Part shown: piece after piece, positions 1-12,518 of the stretch
How positions within the stretch are numbered: position 1 is the stretch's first letter
Layout: each line of letters starts with the position of its first letter
Assembly: GCA_002269645.1 (NCBI GenBank)
Contig: NIVC01002692.1
Location: forward strand, 1-56,744
DNA length: 56,744 nt
Direction of reading: 5' to 3'
Source of the DNA: Macrostomum lignano
Lineage: Eukaryota
Translations under genes and position numbers: made by a program
Notes under the pieces: generated by a model
Told to the model about the DNA's origin: nothing
The model's input: the letters and a program-made list of their open reading frames with translations, nothing else
Database searches by the model: none

Positions 1-589
1 GGCAGCACTGAAAATGGCAGGATCGGCGAGTGTAATGAATGATTTCTAATGCAAATATTGCTGCAGCTGTAGCATGGAAAATACAGAATGCTTTTAAAAA
101 TGACCTTTTAAAACAAATATTCGACTTTCAGTGGTTAGACAGGCCGGTAATAAAAGTACATCGATTATGTACTATTTTTCAATGAGAGCAGCAGCTGCTA
201 TACGTGTATAATTTGGATGTCTGCACGGCCTGCAGGGGCCCGAAGGAATTTCGACGCGAGTGCGTAACTGCATTTCATGGGTCGTCTGAGGGCTGCTGTT
301 TGTCAATCAAAAGTTTTTGGTTATTTTAATAAGCCGCAGTTTTTTACATGGAGATATACAACACAATCTTTCGACTTCATCGCATTCTGTAGAAGCTGCA
401 CAGTGCGCAGTCGACTTTTTTTTCTTAGAATTTGTTCATTTTACATTTACTATCGGCAGGACACAACCTTTTAGCTTGGTGAGCGCACTACTACTTATAG
501 TTCAGCTCAGGGTTAGCCCCACTATACATACACTCTCGTATATATAATAGTCAGCCCCAAAAAGACAATGATGCTGACCGTACCGACGG

Positions 590-1110
590 CGACCTGAGAA
601 CCAGTGCTGCTGCACGAACGGGCAGGCGGCGTTGCTGCCTCGCTGCAAAGACCTAGGCGGTCTAAGCATCATGCCAAGCATCATGGACGACATGGCACGG
701 CGCAGGGCGCTGTGCGGACTGTCTGTCCTGCAGTGCCCCGCGCTGCCGGATCGGCTGAGAGGGCGGCTGTTGCAGGTAGTCATATAGAAACCGTCCTCCG
801 CTCCTTTACAATGCTGAAACGTGGACACTGACCGGCCCGCAGGATCGCGGCAACTCGACGCCGCTCACGCTCGACTTCTGCGAGCCGCCTTCGGTGTTCA
901 CTACTCGCCAACCGCCACCACCAACACCTGCAAATGACGAGTGCTATACCGACGGGCCCAGCTCTCCCGACCAGCGAGCTGCTGCGCATCCGGCGCCTTT
1001 ATATAGCTAAACTGGCCGGCAACGTCGTCCGAGCAGAGCAGACGTACTGCCCTGACAGCAACCCAGCTTGGCTTGTCCAGGCTGCTGTAGTTTGTTGATG
1101 TGGTTGTTGT
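590..1110 (+). mobile_element. Degenerate 3' fragment of an RTE-type non-LTR retrotransposon
   Basis: Joining frames gives LGGL..DDMARRRAL..LPDRLRGRLLQVV, LLYNAETWTLT (ctc ctt tac aat gct gaa acg tgg aca ctg acc) and QLDAAHARLLRAAFGV. These align with the C-terminal part of the element at 2780..3559. Ends in a (TTG)n-like tail near 1100. Confidence 0.75.
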
Positions 1111-1364
1111 TGCTCGATCATAATCCTAACTTTCTCTACTAATGCACGGTACTACTAAATTGTTCTGTAGCTGCTGGAAGGCGTCTCTCTACATATTAGT
1201 TTGCGATTTACGTCAAGATACGTGTACATATAAAGATAATTTTTATAAAGTCATTATAAGCTATTTTAGGCCCTTTTTAAGCCACTCTTTTTAGGGCTGC
1301 GAACGGAGGCGGCGGAACGCGCGCGGCCGGTTTGCTACACGGAGGCTAGCACAGATCGACCACG

Positions 1365-3600
1365 TTGCTTTTGCGCTCCCGTGAGCGCCGCCGCGCTGTC
1401 AACTGCCGCACCATCACGCCGCTGGCCCTGCGGTCCGATAATCGGCTTCTCATCTGCCACCTCAAGCTACGCGATCCACTCTACCGTTCGCTGAAGCGGC
1501 CACCGCGGCGCTACTACCGCGCTCTCAAAGACGCCGGAACGCACTGCCGCTTTGCTAGCGCCTTCATCACTGCGCTCGGCGGCAAGCGTGGAGGTGCCGA
1601 GTACGCGGATGTGAGCGCCGCAGTACGAGCCACCGCGGAACAAGCGGTCCAGTTGATGCGACCGGCCCAGCGTGGGCAGCCGGTCTGGCAGGACGACCCC
1701 GCGATTCAGCAAGCGAGGGAATATCTGGAGAAGCTCCGTCTGAGCAGGCGACCTACTCGCGAGGCGGAGGAGGCTCTGGCGACTGTCTATCTGCAGCGGC
1801 AGCAGGCCGCAGTTGATGACGTTGTCCAGGCCGTCTCTGCCGCTGGACCCGACGCCAGAGGGCGCGTGGCCTGGTCTGCCATTAATGCTCTGACAGGGCA
1901 GAAGCGGCGCATCCAACTGTATCTGGCAGGCGACACTGCGGATGAGCGCAGGAACGAGCTGCGCGAGTTCTTCGCCGCCATAGTCAACGCACCGCCACCC
2001 CCGCTGCCCAGCATCCTGACGCTGCCGCCAGAGACGCCGTTGCTGTCAGAAGACAGTTTTAACTTTGCACCAGTCACCATGGCTGAAGTTGTGAGGCTCG
2101 CCCAGAAGACGCCGGGCGGCAAGGCGCTGGGTCCGGACGAGGTGCCCATCGAGGCGCTGCGCATCCACTGTGTGGCCAGTGAGGTCGCCCGTGTGATTAA
2201 CCGCGTGCTCTCCGGTGAAATGGCACCCACCGAGTGGACCATGGCGCACATCATCGCCATTCCAAAGAAGCCGGGCACTACACGGCTAGACGAGCACCGA
2301 GGCATCTGCCTGCAATCCTGTGCTGCGAAGTTGTTCAACCGGATGCTGCTATCGCGGTTGCAACCCGTGCTGGATCCCTACCTGCGACCTGAGCAGAACG
2401 GGTTTCGGCCCCACCGTGGCACAGTGGCGCAGATCCTAACTCTTCCCTGAATCATCGAGGCGGCGCGCACGCGCCAGTTGGATCTGATTGTTGTCTTCAT
2501 TGACTTCATGAAGGCATTCGACTCGGTTGCGAGGGCTGCGCTCCCACATGTGCTCCGTGCGTATCATGTACCAGAACAGCTGATCTCCGCCATAATGGCG
2601 TTGTACTGTGCTACGAGAGCAGCTGTGATGACGCCGGACGGCCTGTCGGACTCCTTCGAGACATCCTCCGGGTGCTCCAGGGGGACACTCAAGCGCCGTT
2701 CCTGTTCGTCCTGGTGCTTGACTGGGTGCTATAAACTGCTCTTCCTACCGACGAAGACGGCTTCCTACTGCGGCGACGCGTGGGTCGACGTCAACTGGAG
2801 AAACGGCTCAGCGTGCTTGGCTACGCCGATGACCTCGCCCTGCTGTCCTCGACCGTAGAGGGCGCCCAGCGCCAGCTGGACAAGCTGGTTAGCGCTGCAG
2901 CGAGCGTCGGCCTGGTGAACACGAAGAAGGCCGTTGTGCTCTGCGTGCCGGGCGACATCGAGGCCGCAATTTTCTGCCGAGGCGCTGGCGGGCAGGTAAC
3001 GGAGCTTCCGCGCTGTCAGCAGTTCGTCTACCTCGGCGGTCTGGAGCCTGACGTTCGCGAAGATCTGCAGCGTCGCCGCGGGCTCGCTTGGGCTGCCTTT
3101 CGCTCTGTGAGGGTGGTCCTGCAGTCCGAGGCCCTACCTGACCGCCAGAGGGCGGCGCTGTTCCAGGCGGTGGTCGAGACTGTCCTGTTGTACAACGCCG
3201 AGACCTGGACGCTGACGAATTCGCTCGAACAGCAAGTCAACGCGGCGCACGCTGGCCTGCTGCGCGCCGCCCTTAAGATCAGCGACGAGCGCGGATCACT
3301 AACGCGGCACTCTATCGCCGCGCCGGCCTGGCCCGTCCAAGTGAACTGCTGCGACTTCGACGACTCCAGCGGCGACTCCAGGCTACAACATCCGCGCCGA
3401 GTCCTACTGCCCGCAGCCGGTGCAGAAGGTGCTGCTGTGCAACGCTGCTACCGGCGCGGCCAGGCCCGAACTCGGCGTTTCCTCGACTGCCTGCTGGCCG
3501 ACGCTGGCGCCCCGGACTCTGCCTTTGTTCGCGCCCAGGCTCTGAAGCGTGCCCTGTAACGCTGCTTTTTTCCACCTGACAGCGTACTTTGTTGTTGTTG
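1365..3600 (+). mobile_element. 5'-truncated, frameshifted RTE-type non-LTR retrotransposon (end of APE endonuclease + reverse transcriptase)
   Basis: Three consecutive ORFs (1365..2450, 2478..2858, 2780..3559) carry SDNRLL, GPDEVP, IPKK, RGICLQS..AKLF, EQNGFRP, FIDFMKAFDSV, a frameshifted GVLQGDTL, YADD, YLGG and LLYNAETWTLT. A (TTG)n tail lies at about 3590-3600. Confidence 0.9.
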
Positions 3601-5149
3601 TAAGCTACTCGAACGCCCCCTTTGCCAGATTAAGTAATAGTTTAATTACCGTATCTAGATATCTGACGAGAAATATCTAAGTCAATCATGTACGCTCGTA
3701 TGATGTATGATTGTACGTAGCTGAAGAACAAAAACGAGGTTTTTTTATAAATATCGGTAACCACGGTCTAGCTGAGTCATCTTGGAATTTCAGTTTCCGA
3801 TGAATGAAGGTTTTACAAGAAATTCTAAGTTCCAAAGACAAAGTCAATTTGACAGTTATTAGGCCCTAATTCCAAGTCATTATAGGCCCACCGAAATGTC
3901 ACTTTATTCTATTACAAATTATTTAGGTCCTAGACTCGTAAATAACTTATTAAGTCCAACCCAAAACTCTTCATTTGAATTTTATGCAGAGATGTAGTTA
4001 ATTTTAATAATTTAATATGGAAAATCTATAGTATTTATTATGTTGCGAAATTAAAAATAGCAGCACAACTTAGGCCTAAATTAAATCGTGCTTAACGTTT
4101 TTTTATCAAAACCATCTGACAGCAGCCTACTCTCATCAAAGAAAACAAAAAATCTTACAATAGCTGCTCTCATCCTCATGCTCATGTTTAATAGGTTACT
4201 GAAAATATTAGTGTTTGCTGTAACTAGCATAGAAACATTTTTGAATAATTTATAAAATCCATGTACTAAAATGTTTGAAACTAATTTGAGAATGATAATT
4301 TTATTTTTATGCCTAGTAGTAAATCATTTATGTTAAATATATTTATGTTAAATTCTCAGATATATCTATCTGAGAATTCATACTTTGTGTTTTGTCTTAA
4401 TCATCTTAATGGCTATCTACTATATTCAATAGCAATTATATTGTTGAAAATTCCAATCTAAATGCTTTGCTAAGCCTAGTTAGCTGTGCAACTACTAGGT
4501 AATTACAATATTTTTATCCATGCTTAAAAAGTAGGATTTATTTTTATTTTGTTAAGTTCAATGTCCCAGAAATTTATTGAGGAGGGAGGTAGATTCTAGA
4601 ATGTAAAGACCCAAGGGGGCAGAGGAGGTGGCTCTATATTTTGGCAAAAATGCACTTAGTCTCCCTTTCAGGTCTTTGCCCAAGGCCAGGCATGGGGACA
4701 GGACAGGCCCTAGTAAAGTTAGTTAAGTTGATTTATAGTTTCATTTTAACTAATACTAGGTAGGCTAAGTTAGGGCCTAAAATATAAAAATTAAAATTGC
4801 ATATATTAGCCTATCCTAATCAATATTTATTGATGCAAAATATAAAAACTACAAATTCAGCCAATAATATCCAAATAGATTTGTGATATTTTGTCTCTTA
4901 CAAATTTGAATAGTTCAAGATTGCTATCTATAGTCAGATAAGCTACAATAAGAAATATCTATGGGTCTATACTATATGAGTCTTGCAGAAAAAAACCTTT
5001 ATTGTCAAAAAGGCTAATATAAGCAAAATTGATAAGTTTAAAGTTTTGATATTCAGTATGCTAGATAGCAATTGAGTTAAAAAAATGATCAGAAGCAAAC
5101 TACTGTAAGTAGTTCTTTTGCAAACAATTTCTTTCTAGCTTAATAAGCC

Positions 5150-8100
5150 ATGAAACGCAACAGCAGCAGTGTTAGCAACCAGATTCAGATACTGGTTGAC
5201 AGGGCCACAAATGGCTCACTAGGCAGCTCCGATGCCACCCTGTCAGCCAGCATTGTTCAGTTCGCTAAGAGCACTGATGATGCGCCAAAAGAGGTGGCGC
5301 GCGCTCTTCGCAAGCGGCTTAGCGCCATTTCATCGGCGCGCGATTTTCGTGCGGCAGATCACTGTCTGGACTTATTGGAGGCCTGCGTACAGTCCTGCGG
5401 GCCCAGGTTTCACGCGCAGCTCGCTGGCAAGCGTGACCTTCTGGATGAGCTGGTCCGGCTCATTGGGCCCAAGCACTCGCCACCGTCTGAGCTGCAGGAC
5501 AGGGTGCGGGACTGGGACTGGGACTGGGACTTGGACTGGAAATGGGACTGCGGACTAAAGACAGGTAGCTGATCACAGGAAGGGTCAAAAGACACAGGAC
5601 AGGGTCTAAAGACAGGTTGCTGATCACAGGAAGGGTCAAAAGACACAGGACAGGGTCTAAAGACAGGTTGCTGATCACAGGAAGGGTCAAAAGACACAGG
5701 ACAGGGTCTAAAGACAGGTAGCTAACCATTACCAAATCACTCAGGTGCTGCAGCTGCTGATGTTCTGGTCGGACACCTTCAGCGACCGGCCGGAGCTGAG
5801 AGAGGTGGACCGGGTGATCAAAGAACTGCGCAGCAAAGGCGTTCAGTTTCCCGACCCGGCGTCCACCTACGAGTCTCTGCAGACCTACTCAAACTACTCA
5901 AACCAGGAGGCCAATTCGGCTGCCTCTGCTGCAGCGACAAACTCGGCGGCAACTTCTGCTGCGGCTCCCGTGTCGCCAAGGCCTCGGCTGCCGCAGGCGC
6001 AGAGGCCGACTTCAATGACTGGCAGGCCTCAGCAACAGCAGCAGCAGCGGCAGCAGCCACCGCCCCAGCCTGTTGGTCAGCTGACGCCTCATCAGCTCGG
6101 CAAGCTGAAGTCGGACGTGGATCAGGTGTGCACGAATTGTCGAATATTCAACGAGTTGCTGACGGAAGCTGCCAACGGCACGGCCCAGCCTGAGGATTTG
6201 CAGCTGATGCGCCAGCTCAATTCAGTTAATAGGAAAATGCAGCAGCGAGTGATGGAGCTGCTGGGACAGGCAAGTGTGCTCGGTTTGGAATCTAAGAGTT
6301 CATGGGGATTTATGAGGACATGAGGTCATGGGGATTTATGAGGTCATTTGGATTTATGAGGTCATGGGGATTTATGAGGTCATGGGGATTTGCCGGATTT
6401 ATGAGTTCATGGGGATTTATGAGGTCATGGGGATTTATGAGGTCATTTGGATTTATGAGGTCATGGGGATTTATGAGGTCATTTGGATTTATGAGGTCAT
6501 GGGGATTTATGAGGTCATTTGGATTTATGAGGTCATGGGGATTTATGAGGTCATGGGGATTTATGAGGTCATTTGGATTTATGAGGTCATGGGGATTTAT
6601 GAGTTTATGGGGATTTATGAGGTCATGGGGATTTATGAGGTCATGGGGCTTTATGAGTTGATGGGGATTCATGAGATTCTAGATACCCCATACTCTATAA
6701 ATAGAAAAAATGTAGGATTTCTCATGAGATATTTTAATTCACAGGTATAAGATAAATGTGACATTTTTGTAGACTCGCAAATCACACATATTGGGATATT
6801 TACAGCTCTTAAAATGAAGATAATATGGGAATTTATGGACTTTTAATCCCGCCTATTGCATAAATCTAGAGGATTTTATGAGTTATATCTGCCTCCAATC
6901 TATGGAATTCATTAGGGAATTGAGAGTCCTAGATCCTATCAATCAATATTGGATAAATACAGAATTTGTGGGATTCTTAATCCAGAATCGGCCACATTGT
7001 GCAGGAAAATTGGCTGAGGGTTTGTCGTGCCATTCACATCCTTGAGGGCCAGCCCCAAGGCACAGAGACTGTACATGCCTGTTGTAGGTTCTCAGGAGCC
7101 AGCAGAATTGCATTCAGCGCCCATTGTAGGGGCGATGTCGCCGAAGAAGCCATTGTGCCAAGCTGTCCGCAGCCCTCCTGCGAATGGACCACAATCATAA
7201 ACCAGAAATATCACAACTCCGAAAGCACACTTCCCATCATAAACCAGAAATATCAAAAACCCCGAAGTGTCATAACTCCGAAAACCAAAATAGTGGTTTG
7301 ACATTGCTAGAACTTTTGGAGTTATGATATTTCAGGTTTATGATATTTCGGGTTTGTGATATTTTAGGTTTATGATATTTCGGGTTTTTGATATTTCTGG
7401 TTTATGATTTTTCTGGTTTATGATATTTCGGGTTTATAATATTTCTGGTTTATGATTTTTCGGGTTTATGATATTTCTGGTTTATGATTCTTCGGGTTTA
7501 TGATATTTCGGGTTTATGATATTTCGGGTTTATGATATTTCTGGTTTATGATTTTTCGGGTTTATGATATTTCTGGTTTATGATTCTTCGGGTTTATGAT
7601 ATTTCGGGTTTATGATATTTCGGGTTTGTGATATTTCTGGTTTATGATATTTCGGGTTTATGATATTTCGAGTTTATGATATTTCTGGATTATGATTTTT
7701 CGGGTTTATGATATTTCTGGTTTATGATTCTTCGGGTTTATGATATTTCGGGTTTATGATATTTCGGGTTTATGATTTTTCGAACTTGTGATGCCCCCTC
7801 CACGCGAATATTGATTTGTTGAGATTTTTAATAGAAACATTTGATTCAATGCAAGCAGTTCCAGCTCTCATTCAATGTTTATGAAATTTAGAACGGGAGA
7901 AATAAAAGAATTGAGAGTTTGGATAAATTAGGGATCTGGAATTCATAAAACCTGTTTCTATTCGAACTCATGCGTGCAGGTATCCAGCGAGTCCGTTCTC
8001 AGCGAGCTCCTACGCGTCAATGACGAATTGAATTCGGCATTTCTACGCTTCGATCGGTTCGAGAACTCGCGCCCGCCGCCGCGGGGGACCGTGGATTCCC

Positions 8101-8360
8101 TGGCAACCAGGCAGCAGCTGCAGGAGCCGCTGAGCGCCGCCACAGTCGGGGTGAACCTTATCGACCTGTCCGAAGACGATCCGCCGCCGCCGCCGCCGCC
8201 GAGGCCCGCCGCAGCGGAGCCGGTTTCGAACCCCGGCAACCTGCCCGACTCGGAGGCTGAGCTGCGCGAGATGGAGAGTTGGATGCGCAGCGAAGGCCTG
8301 GCTGATGCTGAAGGCGACAGCAGCCAGCAGAGCAGAGTGGGGGACAAATTCCAGTTGTAG
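5150..8360 (+). CDS. TOM1: TOM1/TOM1L-like VHS+GAT endosomal adaptor, join(5150..5503,5745..6269,7980..8360), about 419 aa
   Basis: VHS motifs (LVDRAT, LDLLEACVQSCGPRFHAQL, DR|VLQLLMFWSDTF, ELRSKGVQFP), GAT domain (MELLGQ|VSSESVLSELLRVNDELNSAFLRFDRFE) and a clathrin-box-like LIDL. Both introns are phase 0. Intron 1 is GT..AG with ctaac branch site; intron 2 is GC..AG. Confidence 0.88.
5556..5722. repeat. 51-bp tandem repeat (about 3 copies) in TOM1 intron 1, preceded by (gggact)n
   Basis: Unit gacaggttgctgatcacaggaagggtcaaaagacacaggacagggtctaaa read directly. Confidence 0.9.
6298..6675. repeat. 18-bp minisatellite (about 21 copies) in TOM1 intron 2
   Basis: Unit atggggatttatgaggtc with atttgg variants. 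Confidence 0.95.
7195..7790. repeat. 16-bp minisatellite (about 7310..7790) with a short inverted copy at about 7195..7290
   Basis: Units tttatgatatttcggg / tttatgatatttctgg. The upstream aatcataaaccagaaatatca is their reverse complement. Confidence 0.85.
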
Positions 8361-9664
8361 AGATTCCGCTAGCTGTGTTTTTAAGGCTCACTGATTTCAT
8401 TTCACTGCTACAACTCTCACCCCAGCTAACTGAACTTTTGAAGATCAACTCTGCGTCAAAATTTGGACATTCGTGTTTGGCATGGAGTTAAACTATTATG
8501 AACTTCTGAAGTACAAGGATTTTGCTTGAGGCTGGTGCACGGTTACATTTAATTGGTTAGAGCCACAGGTACTGGAATATCTAGATGGGCCACTCATTTG
8601 CGTGTAAGCTACTTTCAGTTCAGTAGTAAGTTAAACAGAATCATTTTAATGTATTTTAAGGCCAAGGCTCATAATGGCTCTTAACCCCCCAGCTTAAACC
8701 CTACAACCGCCCCGCCCCAATTTTTATTGCCTTTCTCAGAATTCCACCCAAAGCTGCCATGTACATTTCAGAGGACTGGCCAATGTACATTACTGCTGAA
8801 CCAATTAGCAAGCTGTTTACGCCTGCAAGCTTGGGCTTCTGAACTTATCAAAGTAATTTCAGCTGCCTTTTTTATAAAATTAGCTTATGTATTCTTATTT
8901 GCTACTGAACTGAAAGTAGAAAGCCTTTTTATTAAGATGCCCGAGTGGCCCATCTACTTATTTTAGTATCTGTGATTGGGGCTTGTGTGCACGAAAATTG
9001 GCCGGGAGGTTGTCTATCGTTCAGTTGACACCCCATGACGGCCAACCCGAAAGGCACACGCACAGAGTGTAATACATTCCTGAATGATCAGAAAGTCACA
9101 AAGTTTACAAAGATTATTTGATTGTAAGCTTTAATTCCGCGTGTTAAACAGTGCCATACGAGTATTGTGTATTTTATTTCAATCAAGTTGTAATTAATTG
9201 CGTTTGAATTATTGCAGATTTTGCTCAGTCAGTTGCACTTGAAATTTCGGAACACATCGGGTTTTTTCGGTCTTCCAACTGAACCATTTATTTTTCTAAT
9301 AAATTGCCGAGTTTCTCAATCAGTTTTTATATTTGTACGCTTTTCTTGGCTCAAACACAGAGTTGTAGGTTTTTTCAAACTCGTGATTTTATTGAGAAGC
9401 TTTGCTACATTCCATAAATTGATCAATTCCTGCTGCTTACTCCAGTTAACATTCCAATAAATAGACTCTAGCAGCTAGTTGTGAAATTTATTACCATTCA
9501 CTATCAGTTTAAATAGATTAATAAATATTTTAATTAACTGTGTGTAGAACTATGTGGCTTAATAAGCTTCATTGAAAGATGTCAACAGTTTTATAATTTG
9601 AGAAATTGAATTCTTATTTTTTTCTACTGCTTTGCTTTCCTTCCAGTCCGTTAAATCATTACAA

Positions 9665-10310
9665 TTCCAACCCTCACCCCGGCCCCATTCCAACCCCTCA
9701 CCCCAGTCCCATTCCAACCCCTCACCCCGGCCCCATTCCAACCCCTCACCCCAGCCCCATTCCAACCCCTCACCCAGCCCCATTCCAACCCCTCACCCCG
9801 GCCCCATTCCAACCCCTCACCCCGGCCCCATTCCAACCCCTCACCCCGGCCCCATTCCAACCCCTCACCCCGGCCCCATTCCAACCCCTCACCCCGGCCC
9901 CATTCCAACCCCTCACCCCGGCCCCATTCCAACCCCTCACCCCAGCCCCATTCCAACCCCTCACCCCGGCCCCATTCCAACCCCTCACCCCAGCCCCATT
10001 CCAACCCCTCACCCCGGCCCCATTCCAACCCCTCACCCCGGCCCCATTCCAACCCTTCACCCAGCCCCATTCCAACCCTCACCCCAGCCATACATGCGCA
10101 ACCTTGGGAATCACTCGGCCGTTTCTATTGGCAACACACACATGTAAGTGACAGTAAGTCGCTATTGGCTGAGAGCAGTCACGTGACTACTATTCCGTCC
10201 AATAGCGACTTACATGTGTGTGTTGCCAATAAAAACGGCCGAGTGAATCCCAAGGTTGCGCTTAAGCATGACCCCAGCCCCATTCCAACCCCTCACCCCA
10301 GCCCCATTCT
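9665..10310. repeat. 24-bp C-rich minisatellite, interrupted by a MITE
   Basis: Unit cccattccaacccctcaccccggc, about 18 copies before 10089 and about 1.5 after 10270. Confidence 0.95.
10089..10270. mobile_element. hAT-like MITE (182 bp), 8-bp TSD ACCCCAGC
   Basis: Long inverted arms; ends CATACATGCGCAAC ... GTTGCGCTTAAGCATG; accccagc at 10081-10088 and 10271-10278. Confidence 0.85.
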
Positions 10311-10882
10311 AACCATCCAGCTTTTGAACCCTTTTAAATTTATGCAGAAAAAAGGAAAGCCACGTGTCCATATTCAGTTATCCACAAACAAGCACATGCA
10401 AGAGTTTGCACTTATGAAAAAGAGGAAAAGGTCAGATTTTACGGTCAAGAAATTCTTATATTTGTTCTGAAGACGCGTTCCATTTTAGTGACGCTTGTCC
10501 TGTGTACCACATAAGTAAATTCAAATATTTAAAATCATTGATAACTATTTAGCTAGTTGATTGATGCCAGGTGTTATTGTGACTCAACTGCTAATACCTC
10601 AGACTTCGAGTGAAAACAGAAATAAATGATTCTATGAATACAACTGTAGCAATGCAAATGATTCTATTAAACACAGTATGAGAATTGGAATAAAATAATA
10701 ATCAAGAGCCAGCAAGCTTCTATAATTTCTAATCAATAATATACTTTATCATGCGATAAAATTAGTAAAAAGTGCGCCGACAATGATAAAACTAGAAACC
10801 ATCATGCACAAGGTAAATCCTTTTGATAAACAGAGCTGACAGTGTGCTGTACATATGTACATAATGTTTTAGAGCAGTATGT

Positions 10883-12111
10883 CACTGAATGAGCCTGTCA
10901 GGTAGGGACTGTCTGACACTGAATAAGCCTGTCAGGTAGGGACTGTCTGACACTGAATGAGTCTGTCAGGTAGGGACTGTCTGACACTGAATAAGCCTGT
11001 CAGGTAGGGACTGTCTGACACTGAATGAGCCTGTCAGATAGGGACTGTCTGACACTGAATGAGCCTGTCAGGTAGGGACTGTCTGACACTAAATAAATAA
11101 GCCTGTCAGGTAGGGACTGTCTGACACTGAATAAGCCTGTCAGGTAGGGACTGTCTGACACTGAATGAGTCTGTCAGGTAGGGACTGTCTGACACTGAAT
11201 AAGCCTGTCAGGTAGGGACTGTCTGACACTGAATGAGCCTGTCAGATAGGGACTGTCTGACACTGAATGAGCCTGTCAGGTAGGGACTGTCTGACACTAA
11301 ATAAATAAGCCTGTCAGGTAGGGACTGTCTGACACTGAATAAGCCTGTCAGGTAGGGACTGTCTGACACTGAATGAGTCTGTCAGGTAGGGACTGTCTGA
11401 CACTGAATAAGCCTGTCAGGTAGGGACTGTCTGACACTGAATGAGCCTGTCAGATAGGGACTGTCTGACACTGAATGAGCCTGTCAGGTAGGGACTGTCT
11501 GACACTAAATAAATAAGCCTGTCAGGTAGGGACTGTCTGACACTGAATAAGCCTGTCAGGTAGGGACTGTCTGACACTGAATGAGCCTGTCAGATAGGGA
11601 CTGTCTGACACTGAATGAGCCTGTCAGGTAGGGACTGTCTGACACTAAATAAATAAGCCTGTCAGGTAGGGACTGTCTGACACTGGATAAGCCTGTCAGG
11701 TAGGGACTGTCTGACACTGAATAAGCCTGTCAGGTAGGGACTGTCTGACACTGAATGAGTCTGTCAGGTAGGGACTGTCTGACACTGAATAAGCCTGTCA
11801 GGTAGGGACTGTCTGACACTGAATGAGCCTGTCAGGTAGGGACTGTCTGACACTGAATGAGCCTGTCAGGTAGGGACTGTCTGACACTAAATAAATAAGC
11901 CTGTCAGGTAGGGACTGTCTGACACTGGATAAGCCTGTCAGGTAGGGACTGTCTGACACTGAATGAGCCTGTCAGGTAGGGACTGTCTGACACTGGATAA
12001 GCCTGTCAGGTAGGGACTGTCTGACACTGAATAAGCCTGTCAGGTAGGGACTGTCTGACACTAAATAAGCCTGTCAGGTAGGGTCTGTCTGACACTGGAT
12101 AAGCCTGTCAG
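10883..12111. repeat. 34-bp minisatellite (about 36 copies) with higher-order structure
   Basis: Unit gacactgaat(a/g)agcctgtcaggtagggactgtct. A 4-bp insertion variant recurs at 11091, 11299, 11507, 11647 and 11889. Confidence 0.95.
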
Positions 12112-12518
12112 TTGGTCAAGCCAGCAGCTCTGCTTTAAAAAGCATGGGATGAGAGAAGTTTTCAAATTCTGCATGAGAAAAATCGATTATTTGTAAAAGA
12201 TAACTATTCAGTATAAAATGCTACAGTTCCTACTAGAAAAGTAGCTTATTAAGTAAGCTAAGAAACATAAAAACAGGGCACCAAAAATGAAGGTACGGCA
12301 CCAAAGCGAGCAGAACGGCGCACAGAAATTTCAGTCCCTGCGTGGTGCAAATATTTTTTTAACTAAAACCCTCACCTCTGATTACTACCGCATTCTGCTG
12401 GAAATATCTCCAATTTTCCCAGGCTAATTTAATTTTTACGAAGAGGTTTAGCACATAGAAAGCAAGTTTTATATAAAGAAACAATAAACTTGGACTCCGA
12501 TTGCATTGCTAAGAAACT

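Noticed and set aside
205-245. Sm-site-like AATTTGG followed by a small hairpin
   Set aside because: Upstream sequence matches no snRNA or spliced-leader RNA I can recognise; the motif is too short
6302-6750. Repetitive ORFs on both strands
   Set aside because: Translations of the 18-bp intronic minisatellite
9559-10151. Pro-rich and Gly/Trp-rich ORFs
   Set aside because: Artefacts of the stop-free 24-bp repeat
10883-12111. CRISPR-like 34-bp repeats with internal palindrome
   Set aside because: No unique spacers and no cas genes; eukaryotic context. The same holds for the 23-bp arrays.
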